Origin: Alphaproteobacteria bacterium
Lineage (GTDB): Bacteria > Pseudomonadota > Alphaproteobacteria > MPNO01
Direction of reading: 5' to 3'
DNA length: 64,000 bases
Assembly (NCBI GenBank): GCA_964291675.2
Contig: OZ219865.1
Coordinates: 576,001 to 640,000 of the forward strand
Of this stretch, positions 1-9,405 are shown in pieces. Position 1 is the first letter of the stretch; each line of letters begins with the position of its first letter. Below the pieces are notes generated by a model that saw only the letters and a list, made by a program, of their open reading frames with translations, made no database searches and had not been told where the DNA came from. Position numbers and translations under genes: made by a program.

Positions 1-906
1 GCAAACCAGATGCCCGGGCTCGCCATCGGCGACCGGCTTGCCGGTATCGGGGTCGAGCACCTCGAATATCGCCAGATCGGTCCAGATCCTGAACCCCCGG
101 CGGGACGGTCCCTCGGCGGCCAGCATGCTGATCTCGGTCATGCCGAAACAGTCGTAGACGGTCGCGCCCCAGTCGCGTTCGAGCTTCTCCCGCTTCGCCG
201 CCGACAGCGCCTCGGCCGAACACAGCATCGTGGAGACCGAGCCCCCGGCGAGGTCGATGCCCTCCGCGTTGGCGAGGTTGGCGAGGTGCAGGCCGTAGCT
301 CGACATGCCCATCCAGACGGTCGGCTCCAGCGACGAGATCAGGGCGAGCTGCTGGACCGACGGCAGCGACGCGCCGGACCCCGCCCAGACCGCTCCCATC
401 CCCATGATCTGCGCCGCGCGCGCCCACATATGCCCCACCGGATGGACGCCGAGCGGCGTCGAGATATGCGTCCTGTGGTTGTGCCCGGCGCGGATCCCGG
501 CGGATGCGAAGGTGCGGGTGAAGCCGACCATGTTGAACAGGATGTCCTCGAAGGTCTTCGGGTAGAACAGCGGCTTTCCGGTGCTCCCTCCCGAACGCCA
601 GTACTCGCAGACCGGCTGGCCGCCGACGGTGCAGAAATCCCCGTAGAACCGCTCGGTCGTCATCGCCCGGAGCTCGTCCTTGGTGAGGATCGGAATCTTG
701 GACCATTCCTCCGGATCGTCGAGCCGGCCGGTGTCGATCCCGGCGAGGCGCGGGCGCCAGAACGCGGACCGCCGGGCGCGTTCGACGGCGATGCGCTTGC
801 GCCGGCGCTGGATGCCCTCGATTTCCTCCGGGCTTTCCGGGATGCAGAGGGGAAGGTCGGCATAGACGCCGGAGCTCCGCCCGGCCAGGGACTCGAGCAC
901 GCTCAT
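1..906 (-). CDS. Phenylacetate--CoA ligase (PaaK)-family adenylating enzyme, 3' end outside window
   Basis: Manual translation from ATG at 906 (ATGA overlap with upstream stop): MSVLESLAG...KIPILTKDELR...RSGGSTGKPLFYP (AMP-binding loop)...YDCFGMTE...EVLDPDTGKPVADGEPGHLVC. Absent from the ORF track because it has no stop in the window. Confidence 0.85.
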   Translation of the reverse strand, partial: MSVLESLAGRSSGVYADLPLCIPESPEEIEGIQRRRKRIAVERARRSAFWRPRLAGIDTGRLDDPEEWSKIPILTKDELRAMTTERFYGDFCTVGGQPVCEYWRSGGSTGKPLFYPKTFEDILFNMVGFTRTFASAGIRAGHNHRTHISTPLGVHPVGHMWARAAQIMGMGAVWAGSGASLPSVQQLALISSLEPTVWMGMSSYGLHLANLANAEGIDLAGGSVSTMLCSAEALSAAKREKLERDWGATVYDCFGMTEISMLAAEGPSRRGFRIWTDLAIFEVLDPDTGKPVADGEPGHLVC

Positions 907-1913
907 CCGGCGCCGCTCTCTCCCAGGTAGCCGAGCGCGCCGATCCAGCGCCGCTGCTCCTCGTAGGCGGCGGGCAGCTCGCCCGCGGCCTCGGCGCGCG
1001 CCATGGCGGCGAGGCGTTCGGCCTTGGCCGGCGTCGCCTCCGGGATGTCGTCGAGGCTGTCGCCGATCATCCGCGCGAAGTCGTCGCCCACCGGGCAGAC
1101 GTCCTGGCAGCGCCGGCAGCCGGTGATGACGCCGGCCCCGCGCAATATGCTCTGCCAGAGGTTGAAGCTGGTCTCCGAGCGGATCATGTCGAGCCTGGCG
1201 GCGTCGTCCGGGGCGTCGAGGATGTCTCCGAGATGCTCGGCAAGCTGGGAGAAACCGTGCGGCGAGCGGTAGCGGTCGCAGGCCGGCCAGTCGCGGTCCC
1301 AATGCCCGACCACATCGCCCGGACAGGCGCTCAGACAGCGCCCGCATTCGGGGCCGAGGCAGAGCGTCGTCTCCAGCCGCTCGTCGGGCTCGCAATCCAC
1401 CGAGCACAGCACCGCGGTCACGATGACGCGCGGGCCGAACTCCGGCGTTATGAGCTGCTGGTTGAGGCCGAGCGTGCCGAGCCCCGCCTCGACGGCCGCA
1501 TGGGTCAGCGACAGTATCGTCGCCATGTGCTGGTTCTTGTCCCCGCGATAGAGCCACGGATCGGCGTGGGTCGGCGGGACGATGATCGCCGGGTAGCCGT
1601 TGTCCTCCAGCCAGAGGACGAGTTCCAGCGACGTCTCCTCCAGCATCGTGAGCACGAGCTCGTCGTTGTAGTATTTGTGCCGTTCGTCCCAGCGCGCGAT
1701 CCGCGTGGTGCCGGCGGAATAGCGCTTGGCGAGCACGATCGCCCGGCCGCCGTCATGCGCGGTGAGGTCCTTCGGACGGCGCGGGTGGCGCGGGTCCGGC
1801 GGGTAGGCGTCCATCACCGCGCCGTCGGCGATTCCGACCAGGTCCGCGCCGAGCGCCCTTGCCTGCTCCTTGATCCGGGCGGAATCGAGCGGGGTCTGGA
1901 ATACGCTGACCAT
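903..1913 (-). CDS. QueG/reductive dehalogenase-like cobalamin 2x[4Fe-4S] protein
   Basis: ARALGADLVGIA N-terminus, AAVEAGLGTLG...TPEFGPR, Cys motifs CLGPECGRCLSACP and C...CRRCQDVCP. Confidence 0.8.
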   Translation of the reverse strand: MVSVFQTPLDSARIKEQARALGADLVGIADGAVMDAYPPDPRHPRRPKDLTAHDGGRAIVLAKRYSAGTTRIARWDERHKYYNDELVLTMLEETSLELVLWLEDNGYPAIIVPPTHADPWLYRGDKNQHMATILSLTHAAVEAGLGTLGLNQQLITPEFGPRVIVTAVLCSVDCEPDERLETTLCLGPECGRCLSACPGDVVGHWDRDWPACDRYRSPHGFSQLAEHLGDILDAPDDAARLDMIRSETSFNLWQSILRGAGVITGCRRCQDVCPVGDDFARMIGDSLDDIPEATPAKAERLAAMARAEAAGELPAAYEEQRRWIGALGYLGESGAG

Positions 1914-2930
1914 CTATTTCTCCGTCGCCGCGGTCTCGCGCTCGCGCTGCATGGCCTTGAAGGCCTGAAGCTGGCGCGCAACGATGCCCTGGTAACCCTC
2001 CGGCCCCACCCAGCGGACGTTCCAGTCGTTGCGCCCGGCGATCTCCGCGCCCGACTTTCGGGCCTCCTTGAAGGCGTTGGCCTTGTCGACCTTTTCGGGT
2101 GTCTTCTCGGGGATGATCTTCTGGAGATCGGCGAGATAGGCGTGGTAGTCGTTGCCGACCGGACAGACCGCGAGGCAGCGCGGGCAGTCGCCGAAGGAGC
2201 CGACCACCCTGAGCAACCCCTGCCAGAAGCCGTAGACCTCGCGGTCGGCGATCAGGCGCCGCCTGGTCTCGTCGTCGCAAGCGACAAAGTGCTCCCAGAA
2301 CTGGAGTATGGTCCAGAAGCCGAACTCCTGCGCCTCGGTCGCGCAGGCGCGCTTGTCGATGCCGAAATGACGCACCGCGTCGGATGGGCAGGAATAGAGG
2401 CAGCGGCTGCAGCTCTCCCCGATGCAGACCTGCTCGGTCATCGGCCGGTCGGGCTCGAGCTCGCATTCCGTGAGCACGCCGGTGAGGTAGAGCCTGGGCC
2501 CGAACTCGGGCGTGAGGATGTTCACCTCGAGCCCGAACGTGCCGAGCCCGGCCTCGGTGCCCAGATGGCGGGTCGACAGCCTGCCGTAGCTCGCGCGCTT
2601 GTAGCTCCACTCGGTCTCCTGCCCCGCGGTGACGAAGCTCGGATGGCCGGCGCGTTCGAGCGCGTCCACGAGACGGTAGGCGATCCGGTCCATCCGTCTC
2701 AGGATCAGCATGTCCATGTATTGGACGGGCACGGTGGTCTTGCACCTGAAGGCGCCGACGGGGATATGCTGGACGATCACGACCACGCTCTTGACCCGCG
2801 GCGAGATCCGGTCCGGCGTCTGCGGGTAGAGCGGGTCGGGCGGGAACGCGTTGAGGACCGAGGCGTCGGCGATCCCCACCAGATCCGCGCCCAGATCCCT
2901 GGCCAGTTGCTTTACTTCCTCGGCGTCCAT
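1914..2930 (-). CDS. QueG/reductive dehalogenase-like cobalamin 2x[4Fe-4S] protein (paralog of the adjacent gene)
   Basis: MDAEEVKQLARDLGADLVGIA, EAGLGTFG...TPEFGPRLYL, CIGESCSRCLYSCP and C...CPRCLAVCP. Start taken at ATG 2930. Confidence 0.8.
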   Translation of the reverse strand: MDAEEVKQLARDLGADLVGIADASVLNAFPPDPLYPQTPDRISPRVKSVVVIVQHIPVGAFRCKTTVPVQYMDMLILRRMDRIAYRLVDALERAGHPSFVTAGQETEWSYKRASYGRLSTRHLGTEAGLGTFGLEVNILTPEFGPRLYLTGVLTECELEPDRPMTEQVCIGESCSRCLYSCPSDAVRHFGIDKRACATEAQEFGFWTILQFWEHFVACDDETRRRLIADREVYGFWQGLLRVVGSFGDCPRCLAVCPVGNDYHAYLADLQKIIPEKTPEKVDKANAFKEARKSGAEIAGRNDWNVRWVGPEGYQGIVARQLQAFKAMQRERETAATEK

Positions 2931-3034
2931 CGGCTCCCCGCCCGGCATGGCGGCGTCAAACTGGCACAGGGGGCGTGCGCGGGCAAGGCGGGGCCCGCGT
3001 TGCCCGGCCGCCATGCAGGGCGTATGTAGGAACC

Positions 3035-4183
3035 ATGAGTTCGGCGCCCGCAGAACACCCGCCGGGGCTGGCGATACCGGGGTTCGAGACCGGCGGTATC
3101 GCAGCGGTCGACCGCGCCGCGGGCGATCTTCGCCGCGGTCTCCCGGTGGTGCTGGCCGAGCCCGGCGAGGCCGGCGGCATCGTCGCCTTCGCCGCCGAGT
3201 TCGTCTCGGCGTCCCGGCTCGATGCGCTGCGCCGGCTCGGCGGAGAGCCCGACCTGGCGATCACCCACAACCGGGCGGCGACGCTCAAGATTCGGCTCTA
3301 CACGCCCGATGTGGTCCGCATTCCGGTGCCGGGCTGGCTGTCGATGGAAGCCCTGGCAAGCCTCGCCGATCCGGCGACCGACCTCGCCCAGCCGCTGCGC
3401 GGGCCGTTCGAGGCAAGGCGCGATCCGGTTCCGGCCGGGTTCGTCGCCGCCATCCGGCTCGCCAAGATCGCGCGTCTCCTGCCGGCCGCGGTCGCCGTCG
3501 AGGCGGCCGACCTCGCCGCCGCCCTCGGCGCGGAGAAGGCGGACCTGCTCCGTGTCGCCCCGTCGGCGGTCATGTCCTACGACGTCGCCGCCGCGCAGCG
3601 CCTGGAACGGGTGACCGGCGCGTCGGTGCCGCTCGACGGCGCCGAGGCCACGCGTATCTTCGCGTTCCGCCCGCGCGACGGCGGAACCGAGCATTTCGCG
3701 ATCCAGGTCGGCCAGCCCGAGCCGCCCGGCCCGGTCCTCGCCCGGCTCCATTCGGAGTGCTTCACCGGCGACCTGCTGGGCTCGCTCAAATGCGATTGCG
3801 GGCAACAGCTGCGCGGCGCGATCGCGCAGATCTCCGCCGCAGGGGAAGGCATCCTGCTCTACCTCGCCCAGGAGGGGCGCGGCATCGGGCTGATCAACAA
3901 GCTCCGCGCCTACGCCTTGCAGGATCTCGGCTTCGACACCGTCGAGGCCAACGAACGGCTCGGCTTCGAGGCCGACGAGCGGGTGTTCCTCCCGGCCGCC
4001 GAGATGCTGCGACGGCTCGGCTTCACGTCGGTGCGGCTGATGACCAACAACCCGGACAAGGTGGAGGCGCTCGCCCGCTTCGGCATCGAGATCGCCGAGC
4101 GGGTGCCGCACAGCTTCCCCTCGAACGACCACAACGCGTTCTACCTCTCGACCAAGGCGGAGAAGAGCGGGCACTTGCTGTAG
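3035..4183 (+). CDS. ribA: GTP cyclohydrolase II with degenerate N-terminal RibB-like region
   Basis: RLHSECFTGDLLGSLKCDCG, QEGRGIGLINK, LMTNNPDK, YLSTKAEKSGH. Confidence 0.93.
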   Translation: MSSAPAEHPPGLAIPGFETGGIAAVDRAAGDLRRGLPVVLAEPGEAGGIVAFAAEFVSASRLDALRRLGGEPDLAITHNRAATLKIRLYTPDVVRIPVPGWLSMEALASLADPATDLAQPLRGPFEARRDPVPAGFVAAIRLAKIARLLPAAVAVEAADLAAALGAEKADLLRVAPSAVMSYDVAAAQRLERVTGASVPLDGAEATRIFAFRPRDGGTEHFAIQVGQPEPPGPVLARLHSECFTGDLLGSLKCDCGQQLRGAIAQISAAGEGILLYLAQEGRGIGLINKLRAYALQDLGFDTVEANERLGFEADERVFLPAAEMLRRLGFTSVRLMTNNPDKVEALARFGIEIAERVPHSFPSNDHNAFYLSTKAEKSGHLL

Positions 4184-4214
4184 AGCAGCGCGCCCGCCCG
4201 ACCCGGCGACGGGC

Positions 4215-4250
4215 TTGACGCGACCCATAGTGTGTACTAAGTAGGACACA
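4215..4250 (+). promoter_or_regulatory. Putative promoter (TTGACG -35) with a 20-bp imperfect palindrome operator abutting the XRE start codon
   Basis: TTGACG at 4215; TGTGTACTAAGTAGGACACA (4231-4250) matches its reverse complement at 16/20 positions. Confidence 0.5.
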
Positions 4251-4603
4251 TGACGCAATTCGGTCCCGCGATCCGCGAACGGCGCGAGCATCTGAGGCGC
4301 GACGACCGGCGCTTCTCGGTGCGCCAGGTCGCCCGGCGCATCGGCATCGAGCCGGCCTATCTGAGCAAGATCGAGCGCGGCGAGGTGGCGCCGCCGTCGG
4401 AGGCCACCACGGTCCGCCTGGCCAGGGAGCTGGGCCAGGATCCGGACGTGCTGCTGGCGATGGCCGGCAAGGTGTCCGGCGACCTGCAGGAGATCATCCG
4501 CAAGCGACCCAGGCTGTTCGCCGAGCTGATCCGGCAGTTGAGAGAGGCGCCCGACCACGCGGTCCTTCGCGTGGTCCGCGAAGTCCGGGACGGAGACTGG
4601 TAG
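4250..4603 (+). CDS. XRE-family helix-turn-helix regulator
   Basis: SVRQVARRIGIEPAYLSKIERGEVAPPSE HTH motif. Confidence 0.9.
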   Translation: MTQFGPAIRERREHLRRDDRRFSVRQVARRIGIEPAYLSKIERGEVAPPSEATTVRLARELGQDPDVLLAMAGKVSGDLQEIIRKRPRLFAELIRQLREAPDHAVLRVVREVRDGDW

Positions 4604-4614
4604 GGAGACGACGC

Positions 4615-5607
4615 ATGATAATCCTCGAACGGGACTGCCTGGAATTCCGCTTCCCGGACGTTCACCGGGATGCGTCCTGCACGATCGAGTTCCAGCGCAC
4701 GCTGCGCATACCCGACGACGGCCGGGAGTATCCATTGCCGCCCGGGCTCGGCCGGTTTCCGCTGCGTCATCTCGACGATCATGCGGCGCATCTTCCGCGG
4801 GCCTGGCGCCGGCGCGGCGGCGTGATCGCGCCGATGCACCAGGCGGAGGCGTTGTGGATCAACTTCGACGCCCGCTACCCGTTCGCCGTCAAGGTGGCGA
4901 CCGGCAAGGTCTGCGCGATCACCGCCGGCGCCTGGACCGACCATCTGAACCGCGACCCGCAGGACTACGCCGCGCTGCCCGAGCAGCCCTGGCTCGACGG
5001 GTACTGCGTGGAGCAGGGCGTGATCCGCCAGTTCGTCGCCATGCCGCTGGGCGCCGGCTATACGGTGGAAGAACAGCTCTACGGCGCGGGCGAGCACGGC
5101 GGCTTGCAGATCGTCGCCTATCCGATGAAGCGGGAGCGCTACGAGGCGCTCGGCGCCCGGCACGCGTCCATCGATGACGTATCGAAGACCTTCGGCATGC
5201 CGCAAAGCCCCGGCATGGGTCTGGCGCCCGGCGGGCGGATGCAGCAGGACATCTATGCCGATCCGCACGACTTCGACGCCTGGGACCAGCGGCGCGGCAG
5301 CCGTTGCTTCGTCACCCTGGTCAACTCGCTGCAATGGCTGGCGATCACCGGCGATCATCCGCCGACCCGGCCGCCCTCGGCCAGAACCTATGCCGAGACC
5401 GGCCTGCCGTGGTTCGACCACTACGCCGGCGACGCCGAAGCCCTGGCTGGCGCCGGCCGGTTCAAGGAGGTGGCGAGCGTGGCCCAGCTTGCGAAACAAA
5501 AGGGCGAAGCGCCGCTGCCGGAGAACGAGACCGCCGAGATCGCCAATGTCGTGGTGGTCGGGCAGGACGGCGCGCGGCTGGTGCGGGAAAGCTGGGGGAC
5601 GGCATAG
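4615..5607 (+). CDS. Conserved hypothetical protein (FQRTLRIPDD...PLPPGLGRFPL family)
   Basis: 330-aa ORF with RBS GGGAG and good codon usage; motifs EALWINF, PEQPWLDG, IRQFVAMPLGAGYTVEEQ, GLAPGGRMQQDIY. Confidence 0.75.
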   Translation: MIILERDCLEFRFPDVHRDASCTIEFQRTLRIPDDGREYPLPPGLGRFPLRHLDDHAAHLPRAWRRRGGVIAPMHQAEALWINFDARYPFAVKVATGKVCAITAGAWTDHLNRDPQDYAALPEQPWLDGYCVEQGVIRQFVAMPLGAGYTVEEQLYGAGEHGGLQIVAYPMKRERYEALGARHASIDDVSKTFGMPQSPGMGLAPGGRMQQDIYADPHDFDAWDQRRGSRCFVTLVNSLQWLAITGDHPPTRPPSARTYAETGLPWFDHYAGDAEALAGAGRFKEVASVAQLAKQKGEAPLPENETAEIANVVVVGQDGARLVRESWGTA

Positions 5608-5616
5608 CCGCCCGGC

Positions 5617-6405
5617 CTATCGCCCCTTGAAGGCGGGCGGGCGCTTCTCCATGAAGGCGGTGCGGCCTTCGACGTAGTCCGCGCTGGCGAAGCAGGCATC
5701 GACCAGCGCCTGGCAGCGCGCGAGGTCGCGTTCGCCCTCGGGCTTCAGCACCTCGTTGACGATAAGCTTCATCCCCTTGACGGTAAGCGGCGCGTTGGCG
5801 GCGACGGTCCTGGCGTAGTCGGTCACGGTGTCGGCCAGCGCACCCGCCGCCACGACGCGCTGGACGAGGCCCATCGCATAGGCTTCCCCGGCCGGGATCA
5901 TGCGGGCGGAGAACACGATGTCGCGCGCCGCCCCCGGCCCGACCGTGTCGACCAGGCGCTTCAGCCCGCCGAACCCGTAGCCCAGCCCGAGCCTGGCGGC
6001 CGGCAGCGCGAAGCGGGACTCTTCCGAGCAGAAGCGGAGGTCGCAGCAGAGCGCCAGCCCGAGCCCGCCGCCGACGCAGTAGCCGTCGATCTCGGCGATG
6101 GTCGGCTTGGGCAGCGTCTCGACCATCGCATTGGCGGCGGAGACCCTGGCGTTGTAGTGCCGGATCGCTTCTTCCGAGGACCGCTCGGACTCGAATTTCG
6201 AGATGTCGGCACCGGAAACGAAGGCCTTGCCCCCCGCCCCGCTCAGCACCACGACCCGCACCTCGGGGTTCTCGGCGAACCCGCGCAGGATCGCCTCGGC
6301 CGCTTCCCACATCTCGAGCGAGACCGCGTTGCGGCGCTCGGGGTTGTTGAAGATCATCCGGCCGATCCCGGAGTCGATCTCGGACAGCATCTTGTCGGTG
6401 GCCAT
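5617..6405 (-). CDS. Enoyl-CoA hydratase/isomerase (crotonase family)
   Basis: NNPERRNA, AFVSGADISKF, GYCVGGGLGLALCCDLR, EGRTAFMEKRPP. Confidence 0.92.
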   Translation of the reverse strand: MATDKMLSEIDSGIGRMIFNNPERRNAVSLEMWEAAEAILRGFAENPEVRVVVLSGAGGKAFVSGADISKFESERSSEEAIRHYNARVSAANAMVETLPKPTIAEIDGYCVGGGLGLALCCDLRFCSEESRFALPAARLGLGYGFGGLKRLVDTVGPGAARDIVFSARMIPAGEAYAMGLVQRVVAAGALADTVTDYARTVAANAPLTVKGMKLIVNEVLKPEGERDLARCQALVDACFASADYVEGRTAFMEKRPPAFKGR

Positions 6406-6499
6406 TCCGGTCATCCTTCGCTTGGAACTGGATCGCGCCGCGGGCGCGGCGCCGGGCAATGCGGCATCGTGGCGGTCCCGCGAATCCAGTCGCGGCAGT

Positions 6500-7399
6500 C
6501 TAGCCGCCCTCGCCGCGGCCGCGATAGATCGAGAGATAGATCCCGGCCCCGATCAGGCCGACGCCGAGGGCGTGGAACCAGGCGAAGACCTCGCCCAGGA
6601 ACACGATCGCCATGATCACGGTGAAGGCCACGATCAGGTGGACGAAGATCCCCGCCAGGGACGGGCCGAGACGTTGGATCGCGTAGTTCCACAGATAGAC
6701 CGCGAAGACCGAAGAGAACAGCGCGAGCCCGACGACCGCGCCGATCGAGGGCAGCCCCCAGGTCATCGGCCGATCGACGGCCCACTCGATCAGGTAGAGC
6801 GGGATCATCATCAGCGCGCCCAGGAACAGGAGCAGGAAGAGCATCAAGCCCTGGTCCAGCGCGCGCGGGGCGAGCCTGAGATAGACGGCGTAGAGCGCCC
6901 AGCTCACATAGGCGAACAACACCAGGATGTCGCCGGCGTTGAAGTCGAGGGCGAGGATCGCCCGGGGATCGCCGCGCGCAATCAACGCGAACACGCCGAG
7001 CAGGGAGACCAGGACGCCGGCGATCTGGTTGGCCGTCACGCGGTCGCGGAAGATCGCCCAGGCGGCGACGATGATGAGCACCGGCTCGAAGGAGTTCAGC
7101 ACCCCGACATTGATCGCGATCGTGTATTGCAGCGAGAGGAAAAGGACGGCGTTGCCGCCCACGAACAGCAGGAAGGACAGAGCCAGGATGATCCAGAAAT
7201 GCCGCCGGACGAGGTGGATCTGCTGCACCAGCGGGCGCCAGGCGAAGGGCAGCACGACGGCCGCGCCGAGCAGGGTGCGCCAGAACGAGAGCCCCATCGG
7301 CGGGACCTCTTCGCGCAGGCCGCGGACCACCACGGTGCTGGCGGCCCAGCACAGCATGGCGACGGTGACCGCGAGATAGGGCGAGGTCAGGACGCGCAT
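6500..7399 (-). CDS. DMT/EamA-family transporter
   Basis: About 10 hydrophobic segments; GDILVLFAYVSWALY, YLWNYAIQRLGP. Confidence 0.88.
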   Translation of the reverse strand: MRVLTSPYLAVTVAMLCWAASTVVVRGLREEVPPMGLSFWRTLLGAAVVLPFAWRPLVQQIHLVRRHFWIILALSFLLFVGGNAVLFLSLQYTIAINVGVLNSFEPVLIIVAAWAIFRDRVTANQIAGVLVSLLGVFALIARGDPRAILALDFNAGDILVLFAYVSWALYAVYLRLAPRALDQGLMLFLLLFLGALMMIPLYLIEWAVDRPMTWGLPSIGAVVGLALFSSVFAVYLWNYAIQRLGPSLAGIFVHLIVAFTVIMAIVFLGEVFAWFHALGVGLIGAGIYLSIYRGRGEGG

Positions 7400-7583
7400 C
7401 GCGAGCCCGTCGGAGCTGGGTCGAAGCGGGCTCCTGCCCATCGGATGACCTTGTGTGACGAAGTTCCGCGCGCGCGGCGCGCGGGCAGGTTACGGCGCGC
7501 CCCGCCCGGCGGCAAGCGGGGGCTTGCCCGGCCCTCGGCGCGCGCCGAAACTGGCGCGGAGACATCTGGCCGGGAGGCGGGGC

Positions 7584-7976
7584 ATGGCGATCAGACGGGT
7601 TCAATCGACGGAGGTGGCGGAGCCGCCGCCGGAAACATGGTCGAATTGCCTGGTGGCGGGCGACCGGGTCTTCATCGCCGGCATGACCGCGCGCGGCGCC
7701 GATTTCAAGCCGCTCGCCGAGATGGACGAGTACGAACAGGCGAGGACCTGCCTGATCAAGATCCAGCGCCTGATTGAGGCGGCCGGCGGCACCATGGCGG
7801 ACATCGTCAGGGTCAACATCTTCGTCACCGACATCCGCAACCGCGAAGAGGTGTGGCGCGCCCGCCGCGAGTTCTTCTCGGGCGACTTCCCGGTCTCGAC
7901 CCTGGTGGAGGTGAGCGCGCTCGCCGCGCCCGAGATGACCGTCGAGATCGAGGCCGAGGGCGTGCTCGGCGGTTAG
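7584..7976 (+). CDS. RidA/YjgF family protein
   Basis: VFIAGMTA, ARREFFSGDFPVSTLVEVSALA, VEIEA. Confidence 0.9.
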   Translation: MAIRRVQSTEVAEPPPETWSNCLVAGDRVFIAGMTARGADFKPLAEMDEYEQARTCLIKIQRLIEAAGGTMADIVRVNIFVTDIRNREEVWRARREFFSGDFPVSTLVEVSALAAPEMTVEIEAEGVLGG

Positions 7977-9316
7977 GCGGTCGGCCGATCGCGCGAGCGC
8001 CCGGCCTTCAGCGCCGCGAGCTCGTTCTCGGCGGCCCTGGTGTCGTCGAGCCCGGCGCCGCGGTCGACCGGCACGGTTTCCCTGTCGTCGGCCGTCGGCA
8101 GCTTGTCGACCGGGTAGGTCGCGACCCGCTCGTTGCCGCCGGAGACATCGCGCTCCAGCGACAGGTCGCGCTCGTTGGCGGCGCGCGCAGCGACGATCCG
8201 GCCGCCCTCCTTCACCAGGTCGAGCCACCAGCGCTTGACCGGGTTGCGCTTGCCGTAGCCCAGCGCGTCGTCGAGCCAGATCAGGAAGCGGCGCGAGAAC
8301 GGCAGCCTGATCGCCGCCCACATCGCCAGGCGGTGGGCGAGCAGCCCCTCCTTGTTCCACGGGCACATCTTCATGCAGCGCCCGCAGGCCGATCCCTTGA
8401 GATTGGTCACGCGGTACCTGGTGCATTTCTCGACATCGGGCTTCCAGATCTCGTAGCCGTTGTAGAGCACCTTGTCGCCGTAGGGGATCGCCTGGGCCGG
8501 GCATTCGCGGGCGCATTTGCGGCACTTGTCGCAAAAATCCTGGAGCCCGAAATCGATCGGCTTGTCGGGCACCAGCGGCAGGTCGGTGGTGACCACCGCG
8601 GTCTTGTGACGCGGCCCGATGAACGGGTTGAGGACGAGCTCGCCGATCCGGCTCATCTCGCCGAGCCCGGCGAGCAGCATCAGCGGGATCTGCATCACGT
8701 CGCCATGGGCGTTGGAATGGGCTTGCGCCGGATAGCCGAGGCGGCGGATGTAGTCGGCGACGATGGTCGCCGTGGTCGAGCCGTTGAGATAGGCGCGGTA
8801 GCTCTGGGCGCCCGAGATCCAGTCGTCCCCGGACGAGGCCTCGAAGGTGTCCCAGCCCTGGTCGATGACGATGACGACGGCGTACTTGTGCCGTGTCGCG
8901 ATCGGCGTGCCGTCGCTCTCATGCGAGAACCAGGCGTATTCGGGAACCTCGCAGACCCCGACCATGTCGGCGTCGAGGAAATGGCAGAGAGACTTGATGT
9001 GCCGGGTGAGCTCTTCCGGGTCGTCGGGCAGCGGCGCCTTTTCATCCGCCGCATCGCCCTTGTGGGCGGGCACGTGCTTCCAGTGCAGATGGCCGATCGC
9101 GGCGTTCAGCGGGTTCTTGGTGATAAAGCGGCGGATTTCGCTCGCCGGCCTCGGCCCGAGATCGCCGTAGAAGGCGCGGACGAAAAAGCCGGCGCGCTTG
9201 GGCACCTGCCTGACGGCATCGGTGATCAGCGTCGTCGGCCGCTCGACCCGCCTGATCTTCTCCATCGGGTAGCGGCCGAGATGCATCGGCCGTCTCTTGC
9301 GCGAAAGGATCCGCAT
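7973..9316 (-). CDS. rdhA: Reductive dehalogenase (catabolic, cytoplasmic type)
   Basis: HLGRYPMEKI, ADMVGVC, AGLGEMSRIGELVLNPFIGPRHK, FCDKCRKCARECP, C...CGRCMKMCPWN. No Tat signal or rdhB anchor gene seen. Confidence 0.88.
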   Translation of the reverse strand: MRILSRKRRPMHLGRYPMEKIRRVERPTTLITDAVRQVPKRAGFFVRAFYGDLGPRPASEIRRFITKNPLNAAIGHLHWKHVPAHKGDAADEKAPLPDDPEELTRHIKSLCHFLDADMVGVCEVPEYAWFSHESDGTPIATRHKYAVVIVIDQGWDTFEASSGDDWISGAQSYRAYLNGSTTATIVADYIRRLGYPAQAHSNAHGDVMQIPLMLLAGLGEMSRIGELVLNPFIGPRHKTAVVTTDLPLVPDKPIDFGLQDFCDKCRKCARECPAQAIPYGDKVLYNGYEIWKPDVEKCTRYRVTNLKGSACGRCMKMCPWNKEGLLAHRLAMWAAIRLPFSRRFLIWLDDALGYGKRNPVKRWWLDLVKEGGRIVAARAANERDLSLERDVSGGNERVATYPVDKLPTADDRETVPVDRGAGLDDTRAAENELAALKAGRSRDRPTA

Positions 9317-9405
9317 CGCCGCCGCCCCCGTCCCGTAGACCCGAGTCGCGCGCCTCGCTTACCCGGCCGGCGCGTGCCGGCCGGGCGCGATCCCGGCGCT
9401 TCCGG

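Noticed and set aside
10-930. 306-aa plus-strand ORF
   Set aside because: It is antisense to the CoA ligase, which has clear family motifs.
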